Source of the DNA: Phyllobates terribilis
Lineage: Eukaryota
Direction of reading: 5' to 3'
Length of the DNA: 64,000 nucleotides
Assembly: GCF_046119375.1 (NCBI RefSeq)
Contig: NW_027362762.1
Location: forward strand, 471,758,001 to 471,822,000
The notes under the pieces are model-generated. The model was not told the origin of the DNA. It saw nothing but the letters and a program-made list of their open reading frames with translations, and did not search any database. This document shows, piece after piece, positions 49,571 to 62,817 of the stretch. The translations under genes were made by a program, and so were the position numbers. Every line of letters starts with the position of its first letter. Positions within the stretch are counted from its first letter, which is position 1.

Positions 49571-52500
49571 CAATACATCATATTAAAAACATTATTTCCG
49601 TTATTGGGGAGTGGGTCTCCCATAGTCTTTGCCTATGCCTTCCAAGCAAAAGCTGCCAAAAATTAGGACGGGGGAACTTGGAATGCTGGCAACACGGACC
49701 ACGGTCACACTGGTGGTATAGTGGTGGTGGAGGCTGAGGATAAGGAGAAGAGCAAAAAACAGCCGAAATGAGGAAGCGTATACACATGTGTGGGTGTGAA
49801 GCGGTGCATGGGAATACACCTCCCGAAATAACTCAGTGGATTTGACTTTGTTACTCTGCTGTCATTTGGTGGTGATGAGAAGTCCAGCCCTTGTTCATTT
49901 TGATAAGGGTCAGCTTGTCAGCATTGTCAGTTGACAGGCGAGTGCGCTTATCAGTTATAATTCCCCCAGCAGCACTAAAAACACGCTCCAATAACACGCT
50001 AGCGGCAGGGCAGGCCAGGACCTCTAAGGCGTACAGAGCGAGTTCATTCCAGCTTGGATACCCAATAATTAAAAGGCACAGAGGATTCACGGAGGACGCT
50101 GGCATGGTCGGCAAGGTACTCCCTCACCATCTTTTGAAACTTTCCACTCCTTGTGAGAGTACCCCGCGCCTCAGGGCCTGTAAGCTGGGCGGGTCTCAGA
50201 AAACTGTCCCAGAATGTTGACAGTGTTCCCCTGCCTCTGCTGGATTGGAGTTGTGTCTTGGTTGCGTCTTGGTTTGTCAACGAACTGTGACCTCTGCCAC
50301 TAGTGTGTTCAAATGGGAATTATTTTAACAGTTCTGCAGCAAGGGCCTTCTGGTACTGCCCATTTTTGTAGACCTCTCCACCTCAGGAAAAAGAGTGAAA
50401 GTTCTCCTTGTAGCGGGGGTCTAAAAGTTTCACCAACCAGTAATGACTGTCACCCAACATTTTTACAACGCGAGGGTCACGGTTAAGGCAGCGTAACAAA
50501 GTCAGCCATGCGTGCCAGACTGGTAATGGGCAAGACTTTCATGTCCTCACCAAGATGACAACTGACCATGCTCTCCTCCTCCTCCCCCTGTCCTCAGGCC
50601 ACCCACGCTGAACCGACAGTATGACAGTTGTACAGGTACTACCATCTACAGCGCCTGTTCTTCCACCTCCTCCTCTCCCTCATTGCCCCCCAATGCATGT
50701 TGGGATGAGATGAGGCTGGGCTGTGTGTAATTGCCCGCTACGGTTTCTTGATCCATCTCATCATACTTTGGCTGCAATGCCTCCTCTTTAATTCTCTGCA
50801 GAGAGCATTGCAAAAGACAGACAAGTAGAATGCTGACGCTAATGATGGCATCATCGCCTCTCACCATCTTGGTGAACTCCTCAAAGTTTGTCAGGATGGT
50901 ACATATGTCAGACATCCAGATCCACTCCTAAGGTCTTATGTGTGGAGTCTGACCTGAATATCGACGGCCTTGTTGCAGCTGGTACTCCACAACTGCTCTC
51001 TTCTGCTCACAAATCCTTTGCAACATGTGGAGGGTAGAGTTCCAAGGTGTGGGGACATCACACCAGTCGGTGTGCCGGAAGCTGCAGTCGCTGCTGCTAC
51101 ACAGCAAGGGCGGCGGAAGCTGTAGCCGACGTCTGAAAATGAGCTGACAGGCGGCGTACTTTGACGAACAGATCTGGCAACTCGGGGTACAATTTAAGAA
51201 ACCGCTGAACCATGAGGTTAAGCACATGAGCCAGGCATGGTACGTGTGTGATCTCGCCTCGCCTCAGAGCCGCCACCAGGTTACGGCTATTGTCACACAC
51301 GACCATGCCTGGATGTAGGTTAGCGGTCTCAGCCATAGATCTGCCTGCTCTTTCACAGCTGTCCACAACTCACAAGCAGTGTGAGGTTTATCACCTAAGC
51401 TTATGAGTTTCAGCACAGCCTGTTGCCGCTTGGCTGAGGCAGTACTGCAGTGCTTCCAGCTTGTAACTTCTGTGGTGATATCTGAGATGGAGGCTGAATA
51501 TGAGGAGGAGGAGGAGGAGGAGGATGATGCACAGGAGCTGTACACTGTGGGGGCAACTCTGACATAGGGCCCGCAATCCTCGGTGTGGGGAGGATGTGTT
51601 CCGTCCCAAGGTCCGACTGGGTCCCGGCTTCCAATATGTTTACCCAGTGTGCCGTCAGGGAGATGTACCGTCCCTGGCCACAAGCACTTGTCCACATGTC
51701 CGTTGTCAGTTGGACTCTCCCAAGCAAGCAGTTGTGAAATGTGCGAATTTAGGACTGTGGCCTGTGGGGCATTGGCTGCGAACTTGCGCTTTCGTTCAAA
51801 GGTCTGGGATATTGAAAATTAAACGCTGCGGTGGGACGTGGACATTGATGCTGTTTCTTGAGAAACTGCCATAACAAGTGAAGACTGAGAGGAGGCGGCA
51901 TCTTTGCATGCACTATGGACAAGGGATTGCCTTGCTCGCTCAACAGTGGATGAAGCAGTGGTGACACCCGCTGACACTAGTCGTGGACCCTGGGGTTCGC
52001 CCCACAAAGTCGGGTGCTTTGCTGCCATGTGCCTGATCATGCTGGTGATGGTCAGGCTGGTAGTTTTGACACCCCTGCTGATGCTGGCCTGGCAGGTGGT
52101 ACAAATGGCCTTTTTGGGGTTATCAGCAGAGTCTTTAAAAAGATTCCAGACTCTGGAAGACCTACCGGTTGTACTGGCAATGTCCCTCGTGTTGGTGTTA
52201 CGAGGAGCGGTTGACCGCCCTTTGTGTGCGGCCACCACACTGCTTCTTCCTGCCTGTTGGGGTACTCTGCCTCCCTCCCCCTGTGTGCTGCTGGCCTCGC
52301 TCTGCGTGTCCTCCTGCCACGCTGTGTCAGTTACTAGATCATCCACCACCTCCTCCTCTTCCACTTCCGCACCACGGTCCTCCTCCTCACTTCTTGGCAA
52401 TTGAGTCTCATCATCGTCCACCTCTTGTGACAAATTGCCAGCGTCGCCTTCCTGTGGCCGTGGCTGTTCAAATATTTGGCCATCGCTACATGGGACCTCC

Positions 52501-53338
52501 TCTTCCACCACTTCAAGCGGAGCAGGCCAGGTACCCAAATATGGAAATGGACCACTCAACAGCTCTTCAGAGTGTCCAACTGTGGGATCAGTTGCTGTCT
52601 GATGACACTCGGCATGGTGGGAGGAAGGAGCATCAGGGTGAGGAGGAGAATGCAGTCGAGACTCACGGCTTCTTAGACTTGACCGTGTGGAAGACAGACC
52701 GGAGGTGGTGGTGCCCAGGTGACTGGAAGTATTATCTGCTATCCAATTAATAACCTGTTCACACTGATCAGTTCGCAATAGTGGATTTGTTGTGTGCTTC
52801 CCTAGTAATTCGGTCAAGAACTGGGAACGAGAAGATGTGGCTGTTGGTTGTGGCACATTTTCACCTTGACCACGGCCCCGTCCTCTGCACGCACCATCAC
52901 CAGAACGTTCAGTTCCATGTCCCTTGCCACGCACCTTGTCTATTGTAAATGAAGTAAAATAGCTTACACTCGCACTATCAATGGCGAAAGGGTAATAAAA
53001 AGGAGATTTAAACCGTGGAAGAGGAAAAACACAGTTCTAGTTCTCTGGCCTACACCAGAATCTTTTAAACAGATATATTTGTGTCTTAACACTCACAGGC
53101 ACACTCAATATATATATATTTTTTTTTTTGGGGGGGGGGATTTAGATGAAAAAAAAAGGAGTTTTTCGTGGCCCCTGAGACCTGGGGATAAGCTAGCAAT
53201 TTGACCAGCAGGAGCAGCACACAGGACTGTAATGCAGTGTTTGTTGGTATAACCACTGCGTCTCCTATACACCCTGCCTGATATCTGGGATGGATATCAG
53301 TCCTGAGAAGGACTGTTTATTTGATTTGGCAGGCTTTA

Positions 53339-53962
53339 AGCCCCCGTCTCACATAGCGATATCGCTAGCGATATCGCTGCTGAGTCACGGTTTTGGTGAC
53401 TCACCAGCGACCTCACCAGCGATGTCGCTGTGTGTGACACTTTGCAACGATCAGGCCCCTGCTGTGAGGTCGCTGATCGTTGCAAAGTGTCCTGGACCAT
53501 TTTTTGGTCGTTGGCCTCCCGCTGGCCAGCACACATCGCTGTGTGTGATCAGCGGGACCAACGATCTGGCTGGTAACTTTGGTAAACATCGGGTTACTAG
53601 GGGCACGCGCGTACTTAGTAACCCGCTGTTTACCATGGATACCACTCTGCTACGGTGCGCGGAGGCTCCCGCGCACCGTAGCAGAGTGGCATCCATGGTA
53701 AACAGCGGGTTACTAGGGGCACACGCGCACTTAGTAACCCGATGTTTACCATGGTTACCAGCCTGCTCCTGCTTGCAGCAGGCTGGTAACGGGAGCAGGA
53801 CATCGTGGAACGATTCTTTCCACGATATCGCTGCTCCCCTGATCGCTGGTGAGCCTGCCTGTTTGACAGCTCACCAGCGATGTATTAGCGATGCAGCAAC
53901 GATCCCTGACAGGTCGTATCGTTGTCGGGATCGCTGCTGCATCGCTTAGTGTGACGGGGCCC
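53339..53962. mobile_element. 624-bp palindromic MITE with 3-bp TTA TSD (PIF/Harbinger-like)
   Basis: TTA|AGCCCCCGTCTCACA...TGTGACGGGGCCC|TTA, with internal inverted repeats. The paralogous empty site GGCAGGCTTTAGAGACCC is at 33541. Confidence 0.9.
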
Positions 53963-56663
53963 TTAGAGACCCTACACTAACTATTTTGAAGTATAAATCT
54001 CTCCCTAGCTCTGCAGCACTGACCCTACACTGTCTGATCCGGAGCGACTGTGTCCAAGATGGCGGCACCCAGTTTTATAAACTCGAGGTGACGCTGTGCG
54101 GCCAGCACATCACTGTAATGCCCACAAACAACATGACTGCGGCATTACAGTGACTGGCTGGCAATCCCTGCATGTTCATTGGCTTTTTAAAGAGCGCCAA
54201 AAGTGCAAGGCGGAGACCCAAGCTCCCGCCCGAGTAACCCGGAAATGCTCGGTGCTCGCCGAACATCCCGCGTAGTGAGATGCTCGGGCGAGTACCGAGC
54301 AGTGTCGAGAATGCTCCCTCAACACTAATAACCACCTTATAATCACCTATCCACCATAATCCTGAGTGTCCCATAGCAAATGGATCACCCGGCAGCAGGC
54401 TATACACTGACAGGAGCGTGATCGCTCCTCGCAATGTATAGTGCTGAGCTGTCAGGAGAGAGGTCACATGAGTTCATCAGCTGATGAGATCTGGTGATTT
54501 AACTTACTGCACTGCCATTGCATGAGAAAATTCTCACGCAGTGGTGGTGCCATAAGTTACGTCACCGGGGCTAATCAGCTGCTTGAATGCCGGTGTCCTC
54601 AATCCTGGCAGATCAGCGCTATACACTGACAAAGTGAATACACTCTTGTCAGTGTATAGCTTGCTTTTCTGTAGGACAGTCACATCAGTGATTGTTGATG
54701 TGACTGCTCTAAAACTGACCCAGATCTTTGTGGGACAATGGATTATTTTATCATGTCGGATAGGTAAGGGATATGGTTGTTTTTTATTTTTGTTTTTTTA
54801 CAGGTGACAATGGCCTCAAATGGAATGTACGTTAAGTGAGTATTTTTGCTATCTATTATTTTCTGTGTTTTACAGGGACATTAGTTTCAGGGGATTAGGC
54901 ATTAGGTGAGTATAATGTGTTTTTTATTTTTAATTGATTAAAACAGTGTTTGCCTTTTATTTCAAAGAAAGGATTTTTTTTTAGGCCGTGTGTTTATTTC
55001 AAAAGCTTTTCTATGGGGTTAGTAATGGGGGTGTTTTATAGACACCTCTCCATTACTAACGTGGGCTTCATGTCAATTGCCAATGCAAGGCTGACATGAC
55101 TCCCAACCCTATTAACCCATTTGCCACTGTGCCATTTGCCAAGTGGAAAAAGTGAGGCTAATTGCCAGTTTTGGCACATCTTATGGATGCACCATTTCTG
55201 GGGCCACTGAGAGCTGATATTATTAGCCTCAGGGGGGGGGGCAGAACCTATGGCCCCTTCCCTGGCTAATAATAACAGCTCATAGCTGTCTGTTCAGCCT
55301 TTGCTGGTTAGATTTTATTGGGGGACCCTATGTAATTTTTTTAAAGGGTCTCCCTGTAATCTATCTAGTAAATGTTAAGGAAACAGCTGTGGGCTGTAAT
55401 TAATATCATGGGAAAAATTTCTGGCTAATAGAATAGCCCCTTCCCTGTGTAGCATTATCAGCCCCCAGTGGTCAGCTTTCCCTCTGCTGGTTATGAAAAT
55501 GACGAGGGAATCCATGCCATTTTTTAAATTTAATTCTTCATTTTATTTCATTCATAAGATATCTCATGCCCACTGTGATGTTTTTGACGCTGCATAAACT
55601 CACCCGCATCATGTCAATTTCTGTAGCAGATGTTATGGTCTCCGCTGCAGATTTTGACCGATTGAAATGTCATTACAAGCAGTGGATTTGCATGTACTGA
55701 CAAAACAAGTGTGGCATTATAACGCAGTGTTTTGGCTGCAATAAAAATACGCTGCGTCCAAAGCGCTGTTGGTTGCTGATCATGGGGAGACACCCTGAAA
55801 GCAAACCAAACAACTATGATCTGTTAGTAGCCATGAAACATGTTGGCCTAACAGCCTCTTCCTAGGATAAAAATAGCAGCCCTTAGCTGCCCCTGAAATG
55901 GCACCTCATATTTTAATGGGATTAGGGGTAATGGTATTAGGTCAAGGGAATAGGTGTTGATGACATTAAGCCCTAGATTTAGTAATGAAGAGGTGTCAGC
56001 AAGACACCCTCATTACTAAATCTGTAAGTAAAGAGTTAAACACACACCGAGAATAAAACACTATTTGAAATAAAACAGACTCATTCTTTAATCATTTAAA
56101 TTAACCAATATACTCAACCTCAGGTCCGACGGTAGTCTAAGGGTTAAAGCAATGGCACACATTTCTTTTTTTTAATATATCTTTATTTAGTTCCAAAAAA
56201 GCATAAATTGCTATACAAAAAATCTTAAAAAAAAAAGCATGCAAAAATACAGCAAAAACGCGTTTTTTTCTGCAGTGTTTTTTGCTGCTAAGACATACAG
56301 AAACCTTGTAGAAATTTCTGCAAATACTCAACGTGCTCACATAGCCTAAGAGGTAAGGGGTCCACTTCCACCTCCAAATCAGCAAGCAGCTTCTCTCATC
56401 CAAAAATAAGCAAATGGTAAATGCAAGTCATTTGGGCATGTACACACTGAGTTTTTTTAAGACTCTTTTGGAGCTGGTTCACTCCAAAAATCACCTGAAG
56501 AATATCTAAGAAATGCTTGAAAGACTCTTCCTGTTCATTTCAATTGAAAAATAACTGTTCATATCTTCAGTCTTTTGAGTGTTTTTAATTCGCTTCAGGT
56601 TCAGACGTTCCAAGCATTTAAAACAAGCGGCTTGTCATTTCTTTACTTGAGGTATACAGATCA

Positions 56664-56850
56664 TTAAAGGGGTATTCCCATCTGCAAGATCCTATGCCAA
56701 TATGTAGTAGGTGTGATAATAATATTAACAAATACCTCCAATTAGAAATGTAGTATATTTTTTCTGATTCGATATGTCTTTTTCCTCATGTGCAGGCATC
56801 GCAGGACCTTAGGTATCCATGGCACTGACAGGGCACTGATAAAGCAATGA
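56664..56850 (+). mobile_element. One end of a TTAA-flanked (Kolobok/T2-like) MITE
   Basis: TTAA followed by AGGGGTATTCCCA. The partner end was not found. Confidence 0.5.
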
Positions 56851-57408
56851 GCCTTGCATTACTTTTCCTGAAATACACATCACTGGAATCTAGTATGATA
56901 GATAGAAATGGTAGCTGGAAGACCCTTTTGATTATAATGACACTGTTTATCAGATTTCTGTCATGGTGTCTGCCCTTTTTCTGAGAAAAATAGCTTGACA
57001 TGCTTTTTTTATGGATTTATTAAAGAAATAGGCTCACGTTCCTAATGTCTAAGATATGTGAACCTAGTCTTAATTTAATGATAAATTCTGGAGGTACGAG
57101 AAGAAGTTAGTCAATATAGATAGGTCCCACCTTTGTTATATGTGGCTGCATTTGATACCATGCTAATTGACCTATATTTATTTCTGATGATTTTTTTACA
57201 ATAAAACATAGGAATGTTATTATTTATCCTCATAACTTTTGAAAAAGTTCCTAAGAGTTGCTCTGTTACGTATTAAATTTCTGAAATGTTAATGATCTTC
57301 TCATTGATTTTTTGCTTTCTTTGAAGATTTCCTCTTTAAAATTATACTTTTAAAAGATGTGTAAGTGATCAGTTGACTCATACAACAAAATTTTGATGTG
57401 TTAAAGTT

Positions 57409-57630
57409 GGGCAGCATGGTAGCTCTGTGATTAGTACTGTTGCTTTGCAGCACTGGGGTCCTGGGTTGGAATCCCAACAAGGCCAACATTTGTTAGAGAT
57501 TTGTATGTTATCCCTCTGTTTGTGTGGGTGTGCTCTGGTCTTGTTCCACACTCCAAGACATACTGATTAGGAATTTAGATTGTGAGCCCCAATAGGGACA
57601 TTAAGGACAATATCTGTGGAATATGATGAT
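57409..57630 (+). mobile_element. tRNA-derived SINE with an L2-like 3' part, degenerate
   Basis: GGCAGCATGGTAGCTCTGTGATTAG...GGGTTGGAATCCC...TTTGTATGTT...CCACACTCCAAGACATACTGATTAGGAATTTAGATTGTGAGCCCC. Confidence 0.85.
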
Positions 57631-58825
57631 ACTATATAAGCATAATAAAGTAGTTTTCCAGAATTATTATTTTTTTAAAATCAACCTTACTTACACCCTG
57701 CCATTTCATCGCTTCCTCTCACTGCTGCGCACAATCTTTGAAACTTATAGTAGAAGGAATATAATTCTAATCAAAATGCATATAGAAGTGCAAAGAGGCA
57801 TTGAATCAAGAAAACAAATGTTGCTCACAGGGGCTATAAACAGGATGAGCGAGCACTAAAATGGTCGGGTGCTCTATTCTCAGGTCGAGTAAATTGGAAT
57901 GCTCAAGTGCTCGGTCTGAGCAATGAGCCCAATTTAAGTCTATGATAAACTCAAGCATTTTTCCGGCGGCCCCCCCGGCGGTCTTCATTGGGCCTAAAAA
58001 TTGCCCAAATCTATGGGAACAGCGCTCAAATTACATGGGAACAGAATGGGGAAGACCCCTGGAAGCATTTCTGATGCCTAGGTCACTGCTATCAACAAGG
58101 TTGTCAGAGGTATTAACCCACTTTTACAGACTCACAATAAAACATACAGAAACAAAACCAAAGTGTTTTTTTCCTGGGAATATGTTAAGGAACATCCTTT
58201 CCAGGGTAATGACTTTTATATAAGACAAAATAAATGAATAAAAATAAAAATGCTCCACCACACCTTGGGCTATGTTCACACGTAGCGTTTTTGATGCGTT
58301 TTTGCACTTTTGCATTGCTTTCAACCACGAAAAAGGCATTCACCAGGAAATGTCATTTTAACATTTTACTACCTTATGTGGCCATGTGGTGTGTGACATG
58401 GGAACAGCATGGGGAAGACCCCTGGAAGCATCTGACTCCCAGGGCACTGCCTAGAACTATGATCATCTTATCAGATGTGATCCTATATTAATGCAGTAAT
58501 AATACAGGCATTTTTGGCAACGTGACAACTCAAACTACATTTAAAATGGGCAAGGTGTGTGTCAAGAGACGGGGAAGTGGACGTTATGGTGAAGTGATAG
58601 TGCACTCAGAGGACGTGGGCAAGATGAAACTGTGCCTGCTGAGGGAGCACAACAAACAAACTTCCTGTCCCAATTTTTAGGGGGCCGCAGAACACCACTA
58701 TTGAAGCTAGAGCAGTGTGAAAAGGTTGCTAATTGGATAGCAGATAAAGTTTCCAGTCAGTTTGCCACTACCACCACCCTGTGTTCAACATGGTCCAGTC
58801 TCAGTAGATGTGAGTCTGGACCACG

Positions 58826-59590
58826 TTATTATTATTATTACTTTATCACAATTTATTCCATGGCGCTTTACATCTGAAAAAGGGGTATACATCGCAAAAA
58901 AAATTACAATAATCTTGAACAAAAATATGACAGCAACTGGTACAGGAGAGGAGGGGACCCTGCCTGCGAGGGCTCACAGTCTACAAGGGATGTGTGAGGA
59001 TACAGTAGGTGAGGATAGAGCTGGTCGTGCAGCGGTATGGTAAAGCGAGGGTTACTGCAGGTTGTACGCATATCTCAAGAGGTGGGCCTTCAGGTGCTTT
59101 TTGAAGGTTTCAACAGTAGGCGAGTCAGAAATGGTGGGGTAGAGAGTTCCAGAGAAGGGGGATGCACAGGAGATATGTTGTATGCGATTGTGGGAAGAGG
59201 AAATAAGAGTGGAGTAGAGAAGGAGATCTTGTGAGGATTGGAGGTTGCATGCAGGTAAGAACCGGGAGACTAGGTCACAGATGTATGGAGGAGACAGGTT
59301 GTGGATAGCTTTGCATGCCAAGGTTAGGGTTTTGAACTGGAGTCTCAGGGAAATGGAGAGCCAGTGAAGGGATTGACAGAGAGGAGGGGCCAGGGAATAG
59401 CGAGGGGACAAGTGGATTAGTCAGGCAGAGTTTAGTATAGATTGGAGGAATGCGAGAGTATTAGAAGGGAGGCCACAGAGCAGGAGGTTGCAGTCGTCGA
59501 GAAGGGAGATTATGAGTGTGTGCACTAGTGTTTTTGTAGATTTGTAATTGAGGAATGTGCAGATCCTGGAGATATTTATTTTTTTTTTAA
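58826..59590 (-). mobile_element. 5'-truncated L2 LINE with 3' tail, inserted in J
   Basis: (TAA)n tail at 58826-58840. ORF 59052-59411 reads PLCQSLHWLSISLRLQFKTLTLACKAIHNLSPPY. It splits hAT GAGTCTGGACCAC | TTCCTCACCCTG. Confidence 0.9.
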
Positions 59591-61424
59591 CTTGGAGTTT
59601 GCATCTTCCTCACCCTGATCCTCCTTCCTCCCACCATTCCGAGTGCCCTGAGACAAGTGATCCCACATTTGGACACTTCGAAGAGCTGTTTTGTTCATCT
59701 TTCCATTTATAGATTCTGACCTTTTGCTCGGTCCGCTTGGAAGTGGAAAGAGCTTGGATATGTGGTTTGAATGAGAGAGTCTAGGGATACCCCAAAAGCT
59801 GTTCACGCTTCAATCGATAAATTTGGGCCTCTCGACTGGCCAGCTTCAAGCAGGGCAACAGAAAATCACATGTAGCAATTTCAGAAGCCATGGTCACCCA
59901 AAAGTGACATTGGGAAAGTGCAATTACTGTCGCAAGAGGTGGATAATGATGAGACACAATGGACAGAAAGTCAGGAGGAAGACCAGGATACAGAAGTGGA
60001 AAACAAAGCGGCGGACAATGAAGTCACTCACCCAATCTGGCAAGGGGACATGGAAAGCGAAGACAGCAGTAAACAGGGGCAGGGAGGCGTAGCACCACAA
60101 GAGGCAGGAACAAGCAGTGTGGTGGACACAGAAACAAGGCAGGCAACTGCTCCCCAGAACACCAACACGACGGAAGTTGCCAGTACAACGGTTAGAACCA
60201 GACTCGGGAAGACCTTTTTTAAAGCCTGTTTAGATAACCCCAAAAAGGCCATTTGCAACATCTGCCAGGCCAGCATCAGCAAGAGCCCCAAAACTACCAG
60301 CCTGACCACCACTAGAATGCTCAGGCTCATGACAGCAAAGCACCTGACTAGCTGGGCCGAACACCAAGGTCCAGAAACAGTGTCTGCGGGTGACATCACT
60401 GCCTCTTCTGCTGTTGTGCGTGCACGCTAATCCCCTGTCCATGGCGCATGCGAAGAAGCCTCCCTCCCTGTACCTGTCATTGCAGAATTGCAACTATCAC
60501 TGTCCACGTCCTTGTCCCTTCGCAGCGTTCAGTTTTCCCTACCACAGTCCTTGGAATGCAAGCTCAAGTATGCAGCGAGCCACCCACTCCCCCGCAGGCC
60601 GCAATACTAAACTGCCACATTTCTGGACTGCCTGCACTTGAAATGTGGCCTTTTAGGCTCGTAGAGGCGGAAGCTTTGCACAACCTCATGGCGGCGGCGG
60701 CCGGGTGTCCATACTTGGTCTCCAGCAGCCACTATTTTTCCTGGTATCGTCTCTGCCTTCCACAAGCGTGGACTTAAGTGGGAAGGACCGCCAAACCACA
60801 AACACAGACAAGTGTATGTGGCCAGGGATGATTCATGTCTCTGACACATTCCACTGAGTTAATATTGTGGAAGCCGGGACCCAGTGGGACCCTGGGACTC
60901 GTCCTCCCGACACAGAGGATTGCGGGCCCTGGGTCAATCAGGGTTACCCCTACATTCTACAGCTCCTACACCACCACCACCTCCGCCTCCTCTTCAGTCT
61001 CCATCTCCATCACTTGATTAAAATTTTCAGGACCTATTAAAGATTTACTTAAACTTTTCGTGTGTCGATAACAAGCAGGACTATATGCTTCGACGACAAA
61101 CCGCACACCGTTGTAGAGTTGTTGAAAGCTGTATCAGAGAACCTGGTGTCTGCTCTGAAGCTAGGCAAGCACGCATATGTACCATGCCTGGCCCATGTGC
61201 TCAACTTAGTGATTCTGCAGTACCTCAAAATCTGCACGTATCTACCAGAGCGGCTTTTGAAAGTATGCGTGTGTGCCCATTTCAGAAAGTCAGCTACAGC
61301 TTCAGCTGGCCTGGCAGGGCTTCAGCAGAGTTTGCAGCTTCCAGCTCACCGACTGGTGTGCAATGTAACTACACATTGGAAATCAATGTTGCAGATGTTT
61401 GAAATGATTTTGAGCAGCAGAGAG

Positions 61425-62817
61425 TGTGGTGCCCCTGAGGGTTCGACCGCCACAGGGATGCTGCACTTCTCTAATGGAGTGTAGTGTTCCTCCTCTGAGG
61501 TAAGGCCAGTGTTATAGCCATGACCTAACCTTTTGCATCCAACACCACACTTCTCCACCAGAGGGAGCTAGTATGCACTAGGTGCTGCTCCCCTGGTTAC
61601 AGGGAGACTGGGGAACACAAAGTGGTAGGAACCAGTTAGTGGGTGCGGGTGGAGGACTTACAAGTTAGTTACACTTTAGATTTGATATTTAATAATAAGC
61701 CATCTTTGATCTTGGTTCTTCTTGTCCTTTTGGCTGGTCCTAGTTAGTCTGTCTTTTGGCGCAACCTGGCTAGTCGGTCTTGGTTGCTCTGTGCTGTCAT
61801 GTACTGTGTGCTAATGTGACCTCCCTCCGGGAGCGCAGATCCTATGTGGGCCTGCACCGGCAAGGGACACAGCCCTCGTACCCTTGCCTTGGGACGAGAG
61901 GTAGGTTGCAGACAAGGAATGTCTCAACCCGGCCAAGGACCAGGATCAAGAAGGCTCGGAGCTTAAGAGTGTGGCTCCACAGCAAATGGATCCCAGGCAG
62001 GTTGCAGAAGGAGTGGTGTACTCCACCTGTCCTCGCCAACCTGATATATTCAGAGGGACTCCGGCTGCAAGAGGGGTACCGGCCACCGACACCCGACCTT
62101 GCTACTCTACGTCCTGGATGGGAATGCCCGGTTAGGCCCTGAGGATCCCATCGGGTATCGGACGGAGCGGAGCTTCCACCCGTACCCTTGTTCTGAGAGG
62201 AGCTCAGAGGGAGACCCGGCCTATTTGTACACACACGGACAGGAAAGGTTTCGGTCTGTAGTTCAGGAACACTCTGGTGTAAGGTCGCGACTGAATCCTG
62301 GACTTACTTGGAGGTTGTCGGACCCCCGTCCCTGGTGACCGCAGGACTCCGCGAGGAGCAGGGAGTCGCCTTCCTACTGCCATCTCTTAAGTGAGTAAAA
62401 CCTTGAAAGTTCACCCCTATGGCCTCCGGACTGCTTATTCTGCGCTACACTGAGGGATGCGGCGCCCGTCTCCCTCTACTACTACCTCTCATCTATCCTG
62501 TCCCTCTGCCCAGAGGCCTTTCTCCGCCTGTGGGGAGCAGTGAGAACTTAGGCCGCCATGACACCAGGCCTCGGCGGACTGCAGCAGCGCTGGTGATCCT
62601 TTCACCAGGCACCACAGGTGGAATAGTCGTAAAAATAAGCCACTCAACCAGGACGAGCCCACAACATCTTCCTTTTCATGTGACGGCCCTGAGCACGGGT
62701 GGGGTCCGGGCCACGGCTACATCCCATCTCTTCATCACAGGACCCGACACCGAGTCCCCCATCACCCAGGGTAAACTCAAAAACTAAAAGGGCTCTTTCA
62801 AGAGTAGAGGCGTCACA
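61425..62817. mobile_element. Solo LTR-like insertion (~1.39 kb) in J
   Basis: Termini TGTGGTGCCCC...GGCGTCACA (imperfect inverted, TG...CA). It splits hAT CAGCAGAGAG | GCAGTTGTTGAGTACC. No clean TSD. Confidence 0.75.

Larger units (their letters stand above)
47097..54327 (-). mobile_element. hAT copy I: the most complete copy, with both TIRs, TSD and a pseudogenised ~1000-codon transposase at ~49850-52945
   Basis: TIRs TAGTGTTGAGTGAGC at 47097 and CTCCCTCAACACTA ending at 54327. Flanks AAAAACAC and ATAACCAC match at 6/8. ORFs 51819-52934 (GR-rich start, acidic tract, BED finger), 51410-51727 (LTTDMWTS), 51097-51366 (VCDNSRN, CLAHVLNL), 50928-51227 (CDVPTPWNST) and 49851-50114 (LERVFSAAGG). 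Confidence 0.93.
46870..55750. mobile_element. Palindromic non-coding element that hosts insertion I (left piece ~46870-47096, right piece 54328-~55750)
   Basis: Joined, the two flanks of I resemble the reverse complement of 54765-54805. There is a hairpin centre near 54540-54660, and 54960-55330 shares modules with the arms of B (18500-18900). Outer boundaries are uncertain. Confidence 0.6.

Noticed and set aside
57409-57480. tRNA gene (also 34160-34225)
   Set aside because: A/B-box-like heads run into a SINE body, with no complete cloverleaf.
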